A DNA stretch of 60,541 bases, the filler included, from Circinaria calcarea (taxonomy: Eukaryota), in the NCBI GenBank assembly GCA_051942165.1. It is 15 parts of 15 records of this genome, joined end to end, with 100 filler letters (N's around TTAATTAATTAA, not from the genome) between each part and the next. Parts side by side here need not be neighbours in the genome. Positions count along the whole stretch, not along the records: positions 32,387 to 36,326 come from JAVECS010002543.1; positions 36,427 to 40,366 come from JAVECS010002544.1; positions 40,467 to 44,404 come from JAVECS010002545.1; positions 44,505 to 48,441 come from JAVECS010002546.1; positions 48,542 to 52,478 come from JAVECS010002547.1; 10 more parts are not named here. One strand, given 5' to 3'. Every line of letters begins with the position of its first letter. Positions within the stretch are counted from its first letter, which is position 1. Position numbers and translations under genes: made by a program. Positions 35,934 to 49,438 of the stretch are shown piece by piece. The notes under the pieces were generated by a model. The model saw only the letters and a program-made list of their open reading frames with translations, did not search any database and was not told where the DNA came from.

Positions 35934-36326
35934 ATGCGTCTCATCTCCTCTCTATCTTCTGGCTCAGGACTCACCTACTTCCTATCTCTCCTTTTCTCCA
36001 TTTTACTCGCAACAACACTTTTCAACTTCTTTGCTCATAGCTACCCGACCGACGAGGTCCTCTACCCTCGAGCACTAAAGGCATTCCCAACATACGCCGA
36101 ATGCAAGAAAAACGTCAGAGTTACCAAAGACAATACACTTTTCTGGTCCGGCGTCGGAGAAGCAAAAGCACAAGCGATAGCCAAAAAGCTAGGGCTGATG
36201 ATGGACAAAGAAGCCTATCCAAAAGGGTTTAAAAATTCTGCCAAAGGCGCAGAACCAGCTACTGAACGGATGTTCCAAGATGCATTTTCGAAAGCCTACG
36301 CGGAGGCTGCGTCCGGAACTGTTTAT
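35934..36326 (+). CDS. Putative secreted protein with ADP-ribosyl cyclase/NADase (CD38-like) motifs, 3' truncated
   Basis: Hydrophobic N-terminus and a short pro-like segment ending YPR. Motifs TLFWSG and FQDAFSKAYAEAASGTVY resemble CD38 ILLWSR and FWKTVSRRFAEAACDVVH (recalled from memory, not searched). Confidence 0.6.
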
Positions 36327-37939
36327 NNNNNNNNNNNNNNNNNNNNNNNNNNNNNNNNNNNNNNNNNNNNTTAATTAATTAANNNNNNNNNNNNNNNNNN
36401 NNNNNNNNNNNNNNNNNNNNNNNNNNTCACAGCAATAACGTCAGTCTAGATCACCTTCAATCAGCACTATCATTCCGATTACCGTATTCTTGCTGCCATC
36501 TTCGAGGTTGACGGTGTCTTCGCAAATGTTTCTGGTGCTTAGCATGCTCTGTGAAGAAGCTGCTGAGCGCGTCTGCAATGTTTGCTACTTTCTGATGGTT
36601 GAGTAGCCTATCTATATCGGTTATGGCGTCGCGTACAGTAGCTATTTCGGTATGCATTTCTCGACGGTGAGGCAGAGCTGGTATATTACCCATTGTCAGT
36701 CCAATCCAAGCAGTGTTCGTAGGAAGACGTTGCGATTTTATGATCAATCAGTCTTGCTGACCTCGATCGTATTAGCTGCCATAGTCCGTACTGATTCCAA
36801 ACGCACAGCGACCATCAACAAGTTAGAATCATACTACGTTTGCTACCAAGGGTGGCAATCACCACGTGGCAAATTTGGATGATTGCTTTCCAAACACACA
36901 GAGGTTTGTATCACTCAGGAGCAATGGCTGAATCCAAGAAGATGTTGAGGCGCTTTGGTTGACTTACCATATTCTAGGAACACTCCTAGATTTCGTTAGC
37001 CTTTTTGCAGCTAATGAAGTATCCGAAGCCAGCACTATGCACCAACCTGCTGAGTCCCATAAAAACGGTACTGATATCGCAAGATACCCTCCAAAACGGT
37101 TGACGCCGTCAAGTTTGGTGTCCTGCGACCTCGTCAGATATCGTTGCAAGGGTGTGATTGCAAATGACCATGATCACAAACATACGATGCGGAATGGTTT
37201 GCTTTGATACTTGTACTCCTCACATGCCCAGTTTAAGGTAAGGTAAGTCCCCTGCTTACCCAACTCTTTGCAAGGCTTTTTAGGGGTTATCAATCAAGAA
37301 ATCTGCACCCGGTCAGCACCGCCAAATAACCAGGCGTTTTCATGGGGCAAAATCCCGGTCGAATCAACTTAAAGATAACCCCCCTTTATTGATGCAATGC
37401 AATGCGGATGCAATTGCGGGTACCATTTTATAAATTGACTCTGCCTCAGAAGGCAACGTCGGCCCGTTGGGGTATTGTGGCATTATCAATATAAGCGCAC
37501 CGACCACCGGGATGTGTCTCTCACTTTCTTATGCAGCAACTATGCAGCAATTACAGGTAACTTTAGCCACATAGAGGGCGATGCACGAGACAAGCTGTTT
37601 TTGTCTGTCCAGGCGACTGGGAGAGGCCGTGCAATCACACAAAATAGGCGGAGCATAGTGAGGCCAATGCCACATAGAGCATTTATCACATAATGGTTGG
37701 TCGTCCTTCAAGATGAAATGCTTACCAATCTCCCTCATTCATGCTTTTCAATTTATGTTCTAGGCAACACCATCATGCTACCAGTCATGATATACGCTCT
37801 TGTCGTTCATAGGTTTGCTAATCAGTTACTGGAACAGTGGAGCAGAGAGATATCACACCGTATCCTATCTCCGCTGAGCCCTCTACTGGTATGGTGGCTA
37901 TATCATTTGGAGGCTTTAAGCATGTGTTTAAGTCTCAAG

Positions 37940-38130
37940 TCAAAAAACATGGACGGTAACGATGGTCCATGGTCTACATTCAATATCCAAATCGGAACGC
38001 CATCCCCAGAATATTCGTGTTCGTGTATCAACAGCAAGCCAAGCTGTTTGAACCGTTCTGCCGATCGGCTCTCCGACGTATTTTCCTGTGTTTCCCGAAA
38101 TATGCGGCGGCCGTTTTAATAATACAACCT
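37940..38130 (+). pseudogene. Remnant of a fungal aspartic-protease-like gene (N-terminal lobe)
   Basis: DGNDGPWSTFNIQIGTP, then a +1 frameshift near 38003, then PQNIRVRVSTASQAV-stop-TVLP..GGRFN. The TGA at 38049-38051 sits where family members usually have Trp. Confidence 0.7.
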
Positions 38131-39323
38131 CATCAGTTTGACAATTTGATGATTATAACAGCTTGATCAATTCTAAGTAGCCCCATCCTAGCGCTGTTGA
38201 CACGACTGCAATATTCGGTAACGATACCGTACAACTAGAAGTTCAAGGAAATGATAGCCTTATACTTAAACTTCAGCCTATTGCCGGCATAGCATCCCCA
38301 CACACCATGTTCGGTCTCAATCTGGAACCGGAAGGATATAGCAAACCAAAGCGGGATACGAGTCTTGACATGCCAAGTGCGAGCTTAAAGGGGCCGGTCG
38401 AGGTTCTACGGAGCTAGATACTATGGAACGTCAGCTATTGGAGCCTGGTATCAGACCAGACCACATTAGAGAACGGGCCAGACATGGACACATGATCCAA
38501 GAGCGGGGTGGAGGGTACAACGTGCCCGAGCTGAAAGGTGGATTCAATTAAGCTGGTCTGGGGAAATCTGGGTTGTATATTTAATGCAGGGAGGCAGAGT
38601 GTGCTTTAGCGACCTTTAGTGTCGCATTCGAGTCAAAAATCCTACTCGTCAACCATTCTTCTTTTCTTTGACTCTAAAACTCGAAACCAACCCTCCCTAT
38701 TTTGCCAAGAATATATCAGTGATATAGATCGATCTTAAAAGTTAGAATATGGCTGCTTTTCCCCGGTATCTGACATTTCTTTGTCATTGCTTTGTTTTGA
38801 AGCAAGAGCACACTCGGGGTGTTTTTGCAGAGAAGTACAAAGTTACCTCCAAAAAGTCGGAGTTACTACTTTGAGATTGGCCCCTCAGCAGACCAGCCGA
38901 GCCGGAGCCGGAGTAACCACAAACCCCGGGAACTGCGCTTTTTCCCTTTGGCACGACACCCGACGATGATCGCAATAACCTCAATATGGCTAGCTTAGCC
39001 GTGGTAAGGCAAGGTACTAGTAGACCCCTAGCTTCTGCAGGTGTCCGTGCGTCTAGTCAGGAACTGACGGCCGATCCCCAAATCACCGGCCCGGGCTGAT
39101 CAGAAGCATTGCGCCTCGAGCAATTGCGGACTCCAACGGCCTCTTCGTCTCCTACGGAAAAGTACGTTGTATCCAGAGAGTCTTTCTGTCCTTCCACAGT
39201 TATACCACCGGGGTCAATTGATCATTTACCTTCGTTCCCTAGGCGCAGACGTCAAGTAGCCTTGCCATTCGGAAACCGTCATCGAACTACTCAATCAGTT
39301 CCTGCACGCGCGCATCATTGCCA

Positions 39324-40366
39324 ATGTCCGATCCACAAGTCCGCATTCACATCGCAGAAGCAAGCATCGAGAACCTCTCGGGGGACGTTGAAATGGCTGG
39401 AAGGGATGAAGTTGAAATCGTCGAGGTTTTGGAAACCGACCCCGGCGAAGGACCAGAGGCCGAGGGAGAGGAAGAAGGGGAAGAGGAGGAAGCAGAAGAA
39501 GAGGAAGACGAAAAGGTCTTTCGGGTGACATTTATCGAGCATGTTTGACTGAGCTCAAGGACTGGATTTGCCGCTGAACCACCATTAGTTACCTAAAATC
39601 CCCCATCATCGAACTCCTAGTCGGCACGGGCGAAGAACAAACTCTCCTCAGAGCGCACCAAGCCCTCCTTGTCCGGTCTCCGTTCTTCGAGCGACGAATC
39701 GCATCATTTCCGGAGAATACGACAGTACGAGCCCCCTCCCCCGGGCCCTTTATACCTTGTACCGGCTGATCCACCTACCTAGACCCGGCGCATCGAGCTC
39801 TTACATGAGAACCTCGACGCCGTCGGCTCTTTCCTCCAATACCTCTACACAGGCGAATACTTCCCCCGCTTCCTGGGCGAAGGTCGAGATGCCGGCCTCG
39901 AATCAGATCCCGACGTCCCCGAAACCGACGAAAGCGGCGAACAGCTCCTAAAACACGCGCGGGTCTACACTCTCGCCGACAAACTTGGCATCGCTGTATG
40001 TCCAACCATCCCCCCCCCTTACCTCACCTTCCAACCCTTAAGCAAGCACAAACTTTTTCCCCAAAAGCCCCTCTACTAACGAGCAAACGCCCCTCCAGGA
40101 ACTCAAAGCCCTGGCGCACTCCAAAGTCCACCGGGTCAACTCGACGGCCAAGAGCGAAATCGCCTACGCCCGCTTCGTCTACGCCAACACGCCCCGCACC
40201 GACACGGTCATCCGCAAGCCCATTGCCAACTTCTGGGGCATGCGCGCCTACGTGCTGCGGCACGAGGCCGAGGACGACTTCAAGGCCCTGTGTCTCGAGT
40301 TCCCCGAGTTCGGCTTCGATGTCCTGAGTTATGTGCTGGATGCGCGGGAGAAGAAGGGGGGTGGGG
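39324..40366 (+). CDS. BTB/POZ-like domain protein with acidic N-terminus (3' end truncated)
   Basis: RVTFID/YLKSPIIELLVG..AHQALLVRSPFF..FLQYLYTGEY..LLKHARVYTLADKLGI/ELKALAHSK. Introns at 39539-39588 (GC-AG), 39725-39782 and 39996-40098. Confidence 0.88.
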
Positions 40367-40466
40367 NNNNNNNNNNNNNNNNNNNNNNNNNNNNNNNNNN
40401 NNNNNNNNNNTTAATTAATTAANNNNNNNNNNNNNNNNNNNNNNNNNNNNNNNNNNNNNNNNNNNN

Positions 40467-41310
40467 CAACGCCTCTGCACGTTCATCCTTGGTTCCCCAG
40501 GTCGTTGTAAAGCTCGTGGGTTATACCGAAGACCAGTTGTACGCTTACGTCGATGATGCGTACAAACGCTTTGACTGGACGGCCCTTTACATTCCCAAAG
40601 ATCTAGAAAACCGAGGCTTTCCTGTTGACAAGCTGACTAGCGAGAAATTCCACAACTACTGCTATGGAAAGAATATTAGCCTCTTGTGGAAGGTCCTTCG
40701 TACGTTTGTGTCATCGGTCCTTGCCACTCATTTCACCAGTGACGATCAAGTGACACGCGACTCTTCCATTGCTGCTTGGGTTGCGGAGATGCGTGGCGCA
40801 TCGGGTGCCAATATAAAGTCCTTTCCGGAAATTAAAACTATAGATGAGCTGGTTGACGCTGTCGTCATGTGTATCCACATTGCTTCACCGCAGCATACCG
40901 CCGTCAATTACTTACAAGAGTATTACCAATCTTTCGTCATTAATAAACCACCTGCTTTGTGTGCACCACCACCGAACTCGCTTCAAACCCTACGCGCGTA
41001 CAAGGAATCGGATCTGATGAAGGCACTCCCAGTCAATCGTCCCCGTGAATGGCTACTCGCATCACATCTTCCGCATCTCTTGAGCTACAAGGTCGCCGAA
41101 GACCAAAATCTGTTAAACTATGCAGTATCTCTGGCTAAGATCTCTGCGCTCAAAGGCGATAGTGCCGTGGCTTCGGCAGCGACCACGCTCTATACCCAGC
41201 TGGTGGAATGTATTGAGATCTTCAAGCAGAACAGCAAAGATATGGACGACAATACCATCCCGTACGATGTTTTGGACCCGGTGGCTACTGCAATCTCCAT
41301 TTTGATTTAG
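40467..41310 (+). CDS. Fungal lipoxygenase, C-terminal part (probably iron type)
   Basis: NASAR..LVP, IHIASPQHTAVNYLQ (His/Asn metal ligands) and C-terminal AISILI-stop, whose terminal Ile is the usual carboxylate ligand. Confidence 0.9.
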
Positions 41311-41667
41311 GGAGGGGGATCTGCTTGACTTTTAGCGCTGGTGTATTCGTCCGCTTTGAGTTTGTTGTAACCTTTTGCTTGGGAATTGGTCGATTGAGAT
41401 GGTGGGAGATCAGCATGTTGCTCCAGGAGGAAAAATCCGGGGAGACGTTCTTGGGGATGTCCCGGTTGTCTTTAGACACTAGTTCCCTTGCATTGTATGT
41501 ATTTAAACAAACCAACGAAAGTGCTATCGGAAGAGAAGGGAAAAAAACTATAATACTTTAAATCCCCAGAAAAGGAGAGGGGGGGGGATTTCCCAATCAC
41601 TTCCATAGCTCCTTGAATACCGTATCCCATTTTTCCCTCCAGCTCGATTTAAAAACCTCTTACCCCT

Positions 41668-41973
41668 ATGTGAATATGTGAATATGTGAATATGTCTACC
41701 CCAAACATCTTCCATTCGTTGATTATCCTCCTCGAAGGACGGACACACTTAACACACCAACGAGCGGGAAAAAGAACCGGGTTTGCTTGGAGTAGAAACG
41801 GCCGAGGAGGAAGAGGAAGAGGAAGAGGAAGAGGAAGGACAGGGTAGTTCTTGTTCCTGTTTTTGGGAATTGGGAATTGGGAATTGGGGGGGGTTCGAAC
41901 ATCTACCATAGTAGTGTTTACAGCTATGTATTAATACGAATACGAATACGAATACGAATACAAATACGAATAC
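41668..41973. repeat. Cluster of short microsatellites between convergent genes
   Basis: (ATATGTGA)n near 41668-41695, (GAGGAA)n near 41807-41836, (GGGAATT)n near 41865-41887 and (AATACG)n near 41933-41973. Confidence 0.85.
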
Positions 41974-42414
41974 CAATATGGGTGTTTGTAAGTTGTTCCG
42001 TTCTAATCCATTTTATTCCATTCAGGTGATAGGGATCTGAATATAAATCTGAATCTCTAGGATAGAATAGGATAGAATAGCGTGTGGTTGAGAGAGAGAG
42101 CGAGCGCGGGCAACAGATGAAGCGTCAACGGAAATAGTACAGGTAGGGTATCGGATGAAATTGGAATGGAACCCAAATAGATTCGGGTAGGGTAACTCCA
42201 AAACACAACCTCCATCTATCCCTTGCGGCATTTCAGACTCAAGATATGTCCAGTTTAAGCTTGGGGGATTTCCGCAAAAAACTCTTTTCACGGTGAGAAA
42301 GAGAAAAGAAAGGAAAAAGAAAGAAAGAAAAAGATTCCATCCCTTCCGGAAAGAAGCCCGTTCCGGTTTTGAAAACCCCGCAGTGCCTGTCACGCCCATC
42401 TGCTTTCTCTTTCT

Positions 42415-44404
42415 TTAGCTCCTTCCTTTCTCTTCCGAAATCGATTCACCTCCACCCATCAGGTACTTCTTCCGCTCCCCGACATCCATAGCACCCGTCT
42501 CGCTGTTCATTCTCCGGAGAGCAACCGCATGAGCTATCAAGCCTGCTGGTCGTCGACCTGGCGGTAACGGTCTGGCGAAATTGCGCGAAGGCGACGAGCG
42601 CTTGGGGGAGCCCCTTTTTTTCGGAGACGGCGATCGGGCAGGAGGTGCAGCTCGAGGACCTTTGATGTCACCACGGACTGGAGGTAGCTGCCACCCTTTA
42701 GGCCTGGGGGGTTGAGGAAAAGGGAAGAGAAAGGATGGTGGTGGAGCGTCCGATGGGGGAGGTTTCATCACGTCGAGCTTCTGTTTGGGGCTTTCGGAAC
42801 TGGCTCCTATCTTTTCCATCTCCTGCGGTGGTGACAGGGGTGATGTCAACAAAGGCCACTCAAGGTCACCGATATTTGATGGGGCTTCGGTGCGATTGTT
42901 GTTGGGCAAAGGACTGAATCGTCGCCGGCTAGGTTTCCTGGTTGGCGTTGATGGTATAGAACCTGATTCAGTTTGGCAATGATCGTTATGCAGATTGTAC
43001 ATTGACATTGTTGCAGAGTAATACCTATCGTCTGGCTTTAGGTTGTTGGTCTGACAGGACGACCAGTTGATCTCTGGGCTAAAGGTAGCCCGAGAAGGTG
43101 GTCGTGGGGAGACGATATCACCAGTCGACTGTGGTACAAATAAGCCTGGTATGATTGACATATTTGGGGAATATTCTTCAACTTCGTAACGTCTCTTTAC
43201 TGTTGACGCAAGTACAGGGGAGGTAGTTACTGGCGCAGTAAAGGCTATTCGTACAAGGCTAGAACGTTTGTGAACCTCACTCCGATTTTTCGACGTAGAT
43301 GCCTTTTGAGTGTAAGGGAAAATTGCAGTGTCCCTCTTGAACGGCTGACTGGTAGCAACGGACGAAGGGCGTTTAACTCTTTCATTGTTGAATGAACTTG
43401 CTTGATTCCCTGATATATCCTGCAAGACTGACGTCGACGCTCTCTTGCTCTTTGGGGTCTGACTATCCAAGCCAAGGATGAAATGACAATAAGGGTTGAG
43501 AAACCAATCCGACGAGGACGGGATCCCTTTCCCAATAACTTGTCCTCCCTTTTCATGAGCATCAAAATGCCAATCATGGTAATTCAGGGGAGATTTATTG
43601 CTCTTGATGTTGTTATAGGGCACAAGCGAGTCATTACGAGACGGTGCGTGCTCATCGGCAAGAGATAGGGATAGCCCACTATTTCCGCTTCTCGGAGGTT
43701 GATTTTTTCCGGGGCCCTTTTGAACCGCTAGATCGGGTTTGATAGTCGAGGTTGGGGACCGATCTGAAGAGGCAACCGAGGATTCCATGTTTAACCAATT
43801 CCAGGGTTTTCTCTCATCCTCATCTAACACCGGACTCTTTCTTTTATACTCGATGGGAAACGGGGAGAAAGTACTGGTAGATGCATAATTGGTGTACTCA
43901 ACTGAGAATACATCACTATCTTCGTCATCGAGTATAGAGCTGTCTATGCTTGCCGAGCTCTCGAGAGAAGAACTAACGAATCCATCTCCAAGGCCGTCGT
44001 GTAAGGTCTGCACGGTGCTCCATCGAGGAATACTTGGAGGCGGTGATGGCAATCTCTTATGAGGTGCATGTCCCGAGGCTTGGCTATGAAGGTTAATAGA
44101 CCTCTGACGGGCTGCACGGGTGATGATGTTATTATGTGGCCTGGGATCGTCAAATCTTAGAGTTTCTTCCTGGGCAGAAAATCCTTTTGATCCATTGTGA
44201 GTATTACCAACTACAGCTCCGCTGGAGTAGCTACGCGGCTGTGCACCGAAAAATATTTGTGGCCTTGATGACTCGATTGGGGAAACCATGGGCGAAGACG
44301 CAGTCTGAAAAGCTTCCGTGCCATCCGCTCCCTGATTCGCTTTAACTTCGCTTTGTGAGGGTGGTGCAGGTAGCATTCGTTTAGAACAGGTGCGGGTGTG
44401 ATTG
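42415..44404 (-). CDS. Uncharacterised Ser/Pro-rich low-complexity protein, 3' part
   Basis: ORF of at least 653 codons, open to the contig end. C-terminal GPRAAP..ALRRMNSE..KKYLMGG block. No domain recognised. Confidence 0.75.
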
Positions 44405-44504
44405 NNNNNNNNNNNNNNNNNNNNNNNNNNNNNNNNNNNNNNNNNNNNTTAATTAATTAANNNNNNNNNNNNNNNNNNNNNNNNNNNNNNNNNNNNNNNN
44501 NNNN

Positions 44505-45759
44505 TCCAGCGTTCAGTGATATTGCTAAGCCATCCAACGACGTATGTGCGAAAGCGTTACTGCAGAAGCGGACCGTGGTATTTGTACTGACGGTCTGACA
44601 GCTCCTCAGCAAGGACTTCTACCATACCGCTGCTGGTACGGCCATCCTCAGACGTTACAGGCCTCCAGTATCTGACTTGTTACAGCAACGCTTGAGGTCA
44701 AGTCGAAAGCTCCCAATGGCGTGAGCTTCAATGTCAAGGGCAGATCCTCTCATGAGGGCGCAACTGCTGGCTCAGTAAGTCATCCAGTGCTGCTCAACGT
44801 ATCTTTGCGTGGGCGTATCTAACTCATGGTGTTCTCTCCTAGATGGAGGCTAAATACGCGGATGCTCCATCTGGTACATATTTCAAACATCTACGCTTCA
44901 TTACCTATACCCAATTCGATAGATCAAACATCTTCGATCATCACGTCATGTTGCGGCCTGGATATGCCTCATTGCTGATATTTTACCGACGTGCAGGCTT
45001 GACCATTACCCAAGTATGGACAACCGTCAATGCTCTTGATACCAAGATCGAGCTGGACAACAATATCACCAAAGGCTTGAAAGCGGAACTATTGACGCAG
45101 TTCCTGCCCAGTTCAAAGGCCAAGGGTGCCAAACTCAACCTTATCTTCAAGCAACCTAACTTCCATGCTCGCGCTTTCTTCGACCTCATGAAGGGGCCAA
45201 CTGCCAATGTGGATGCCGTCCTAGGGCACGAGGGGTTTTTGGTTGGCGCAGAGGCAGGTTATGATGTCCAGAAGGCTGCGATTACCAGATATTCCGCAGC
45301 GGTTGGATATACCTTGCCCGAATATAGCGCCGCTATCACGGCGACCAATAACCTCAGTGTATTTTCTGCCTCATACTACCACAAGGTCAACTCGCAAGTA
45401 GAGGCTGGCGCAAAGGCAACCTGGGACTCGAAAGCAAACAACAATGTCGGGCTTGAAGTCGCGAGTAAATATCGCCTAGATCCAACCTCTTTCGCTAAGG
45501 CAAGATTTCTTTGACGCCATGTATTGAATTCCAGCCAACTAACGACTACAATTAAACAGGCTAAGATTAATGACCGTGGTATTGCTGCTGCAGCCTACAA
45601 CGTGCTCCTTCGTCCAGGTGTGACTCTTGGTCTCGGTGCCTCATTCGACACACAAAACCTGAACGAGGCTGCGCATAAGGTTTGTCGAGCCTTTCGGAGT
45701 CTAGCCTGTTAACGACTAATCTTGCCTAGGTCGGTGCGAGCTTCACCTTCGAGGCATAG
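44505..45759 (+). CDS. POR1: Mitochondrial outer-membrane porin (VDAC), first few codons missing
   Basis: PAFSDIAKPSND/LLSKDFYH ... SASYYHKVNSQVEAGAKATWDSK..GLEVASKY..AKINDRG..HK/VGASFTFEA-stop. Six introns, one of them GC-AG (45500-45559). Confidence 0.96.
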
Positions 45760-46132
45760 AGGATTTGATGCTGTACATCTCAACTATCTGGCGGTACTTG
45801 AAGTTTTAGTTGTTGAATTGGTTGTGATGCATCGATACTTGAGAAGCGGAAAGTGGAGCGTCTAGATTCTGGGGGGAAAGTTTACATTGTAAATCATTCC
45901 AGACAGGGCACATTGCTCACCCACCTTTTGTTTAATCAATCTTTACATACTATTATTCGATCAACTCTGCACTTTCCCGTATATCTTGAAATGTGCCATT
46001 GTATATATACCCCTTGATGAACACTGTTCACGGAGCGTGGATAAGTATATGAAACCCTTGACATAGAACCCCAACATTACAGTACGCTTCCGGTGCCCTA
46101 GCCCAAGTATGCTTTAATGTAACCTTCGGGAT

Positions 46133-47013
46133 TCAGTTAGCATCCTTCCTATCTACCGGCGGCCGCCCCTTCTCAAGTATAGCCGGCAAACCGTAAGCGA
46201 ATGCAACCACTCCACTAACGAGGATGAATTTCAGCAATACATCACCCCCGGTGCCCCTGTCGTACTCTCCGTTTTCCTCCTCCATCCTTTTCCTCCGCCG
46301 CTGCTCCTGTTGCTCCTGCGTGCGGAAATGCCCATCCCGATCGAAATGCGGCACGTCACTGTTCCACCCCAGTGGACTCTGTCCGGCACCAAGGCCTCCC
46401 CCGAAGCCCGCACTACCCGTCGAAGCTTGCGACGACGACGACCCCGCCGCGGAGGCAGCAGCGTCGGCTTGCGCCTGCCTCTTGGCGCCGTGGTTTCCCC
46501 ATCCTCCACTTCTGTAAAAACTCGGTGGGGGACCACGGAAGTGGGTACGGCGTCTGGAGAGGCCGCTTGCTGGGCGGGAGCCGAAGGGGGTGCTGGACGA
46601 GGAGTGGGAGCCTGCGCGGACGGAAGAGGACGAGGAGCGCTGGAGGTCACGGTCGTAGCGTTCGCGTTTGGCAGGGGAACCGAGGGTCGCGTAGGCGGTG
46701 GAAACCTTTACGAAGCGGGTTGAGGCGGTGGAGTCGTTGGGATTGTGATCTGGGTGGTGGAGTTTGGAGAGGTGGTAGAATTGCCTAGAAGCGGAAGGGC
46801 AAAAGTTAGTTGATTAGAGTCCAAAGAGAATTAGCGGAAGAGATACTTCTTGATGGACGCGGCGGAAGCATTCGGTTCAAGACCTAAGGTCTCGTAGTAG
46901 TTCGTGTCATCGCTCCTCCATGATGGGGATGTGTGGAATTGGGTGAAGGGAGGGAGGGATTGGTGTGGGTAACGGAGGGCGAAAATGGGGAGATTGCTGA
47001 GGCGGAGGGGCAT
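46133..47013 (-). CDS. J-domain (DnaJ-like) protein, probably mitochondrial, with C-terminal TM segment
   Basis: Presequence-like N-terminus. NYYETLGLEPNASAASIKK/QFYHLSKLHHPDHN carries the HPD motif. Intron 46785-46846. C-terminal PHFDRDGHFRTQ and hydrophobic FILVSGVVAFAYGLPAIL. Confidence 0.9.
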
Positions 47014-47316
47014 TCCTCATTCCGAGGCTTTTATGCTGATAGAGACCGTGGTTTGGTGGGGAGTAGCAAACAACGTGGGTAACAATTACATAGAGTCCCT
47101 TTACCAAAACGGACCATCCATTGACGAACTGTTGATGACGTTTTAGCGGTGACCGGGGGTGGTCATTGATGAGTCAGGGTTCCCCCCACTCAAACTATCC
47201 GCATGTCTTAGCAGATTCTGGAACGGGTGTCTCTACACACTTTCGACAAAGAGTGTGTATTGTTTGTATCGTATGAGACAACATCCTAGTCCATAAATAA
47301 AAACCTAGCGACCATT

Positions 47317-48441
<1,125 letters not shown>

Positions 48442-49438
48442 NNNNNNNNNNNNNNNNNNNNNNNNNNNNNNNNNNNNNNNNNNNNTTAATTAATTAANNN
48501 NNNNNNNNNNNNNNNNNNNNNNNNNNNNNNNNNNNNNNNNNGTGGGAGGAGGGTAAAATCAGGTAAAAGTTGCGGTGAAATGAATGAATGAAAAACAAAA
48601 TTTCATAAAAAAGGGGGGGGGGGGGGGGGGGCAACTATTCGAGATTCGGCAGGGTTTGGAGCTTGGAAAGAATGAAAGAATGGGGAGCGGATCGGAGCAC
48701 GGAGGCTACCGTTCGCCTCGCCTCGCCTCCCTCCTTGTCCCTGGGGGGCGAAACCATCATATTAGGATTATTTTTTGGACTGAGACAGAAATCAAAATCA
48801 TCCAGATGGCAAGAGATAACAAGGAGTTTAGATGTTGGATTTAATTTCTTTTTCCCCCCTCCCATTCAATCTCTTCGTCTCTACCTTAGTCCTAACAAAT
48901 CACAATCTTGGCGTGCACAAAATTCCGTGACATCTAACCACACCCAATCCCCACCCGCCCCCTGCAAAAAAAAACTCCAGCGACGACAAGTCTCCAACAC
49001 CGCGCGCTTGTGGTATTTAAAATAAGATTTGTACAAACGTCTCCCCTCAAGAGCAACCATGCCCCAGGACGTATCCTCGCAAAATTCTCCTAGGAACCGC
49101 TCACGCCTGAAAACCGAACCCCCCAAAACGCTCCGTGAAAACCGACTGCCACCTTTCCACGTACTGTGCAGAATTGTTCGGCTATTGATTCTGATAGGGC
49201 CCCCAACACCTGTGAACCCCCAGAGCCCAATGTAAACAATGCTATAAACCCCCGGGAAAATCATGCTAAACGCCATCATTGAGCGCGTGATTTTGGATGG
49301 CCGGCGGCCGCTGCGATAGATAAAACTTATGTAAATGCAAATAAAAGCCATTGATGAGTATAGGACGCAACAGCTGTTTTTGTCGGTTAGATGTCAAGGA
49401 CGTCAAGTAGTGGAGGACATCTGTATCCATCCTAACCG

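Noticed and set aside
46224..46788. Multiple long antisense and alternate-frame ORFs over the J-domain gene (also over AFG2, Atg1 and Hsp70)
   Set aside because: Shadow ORFs expected from GC-rich codon usage in the real genes.
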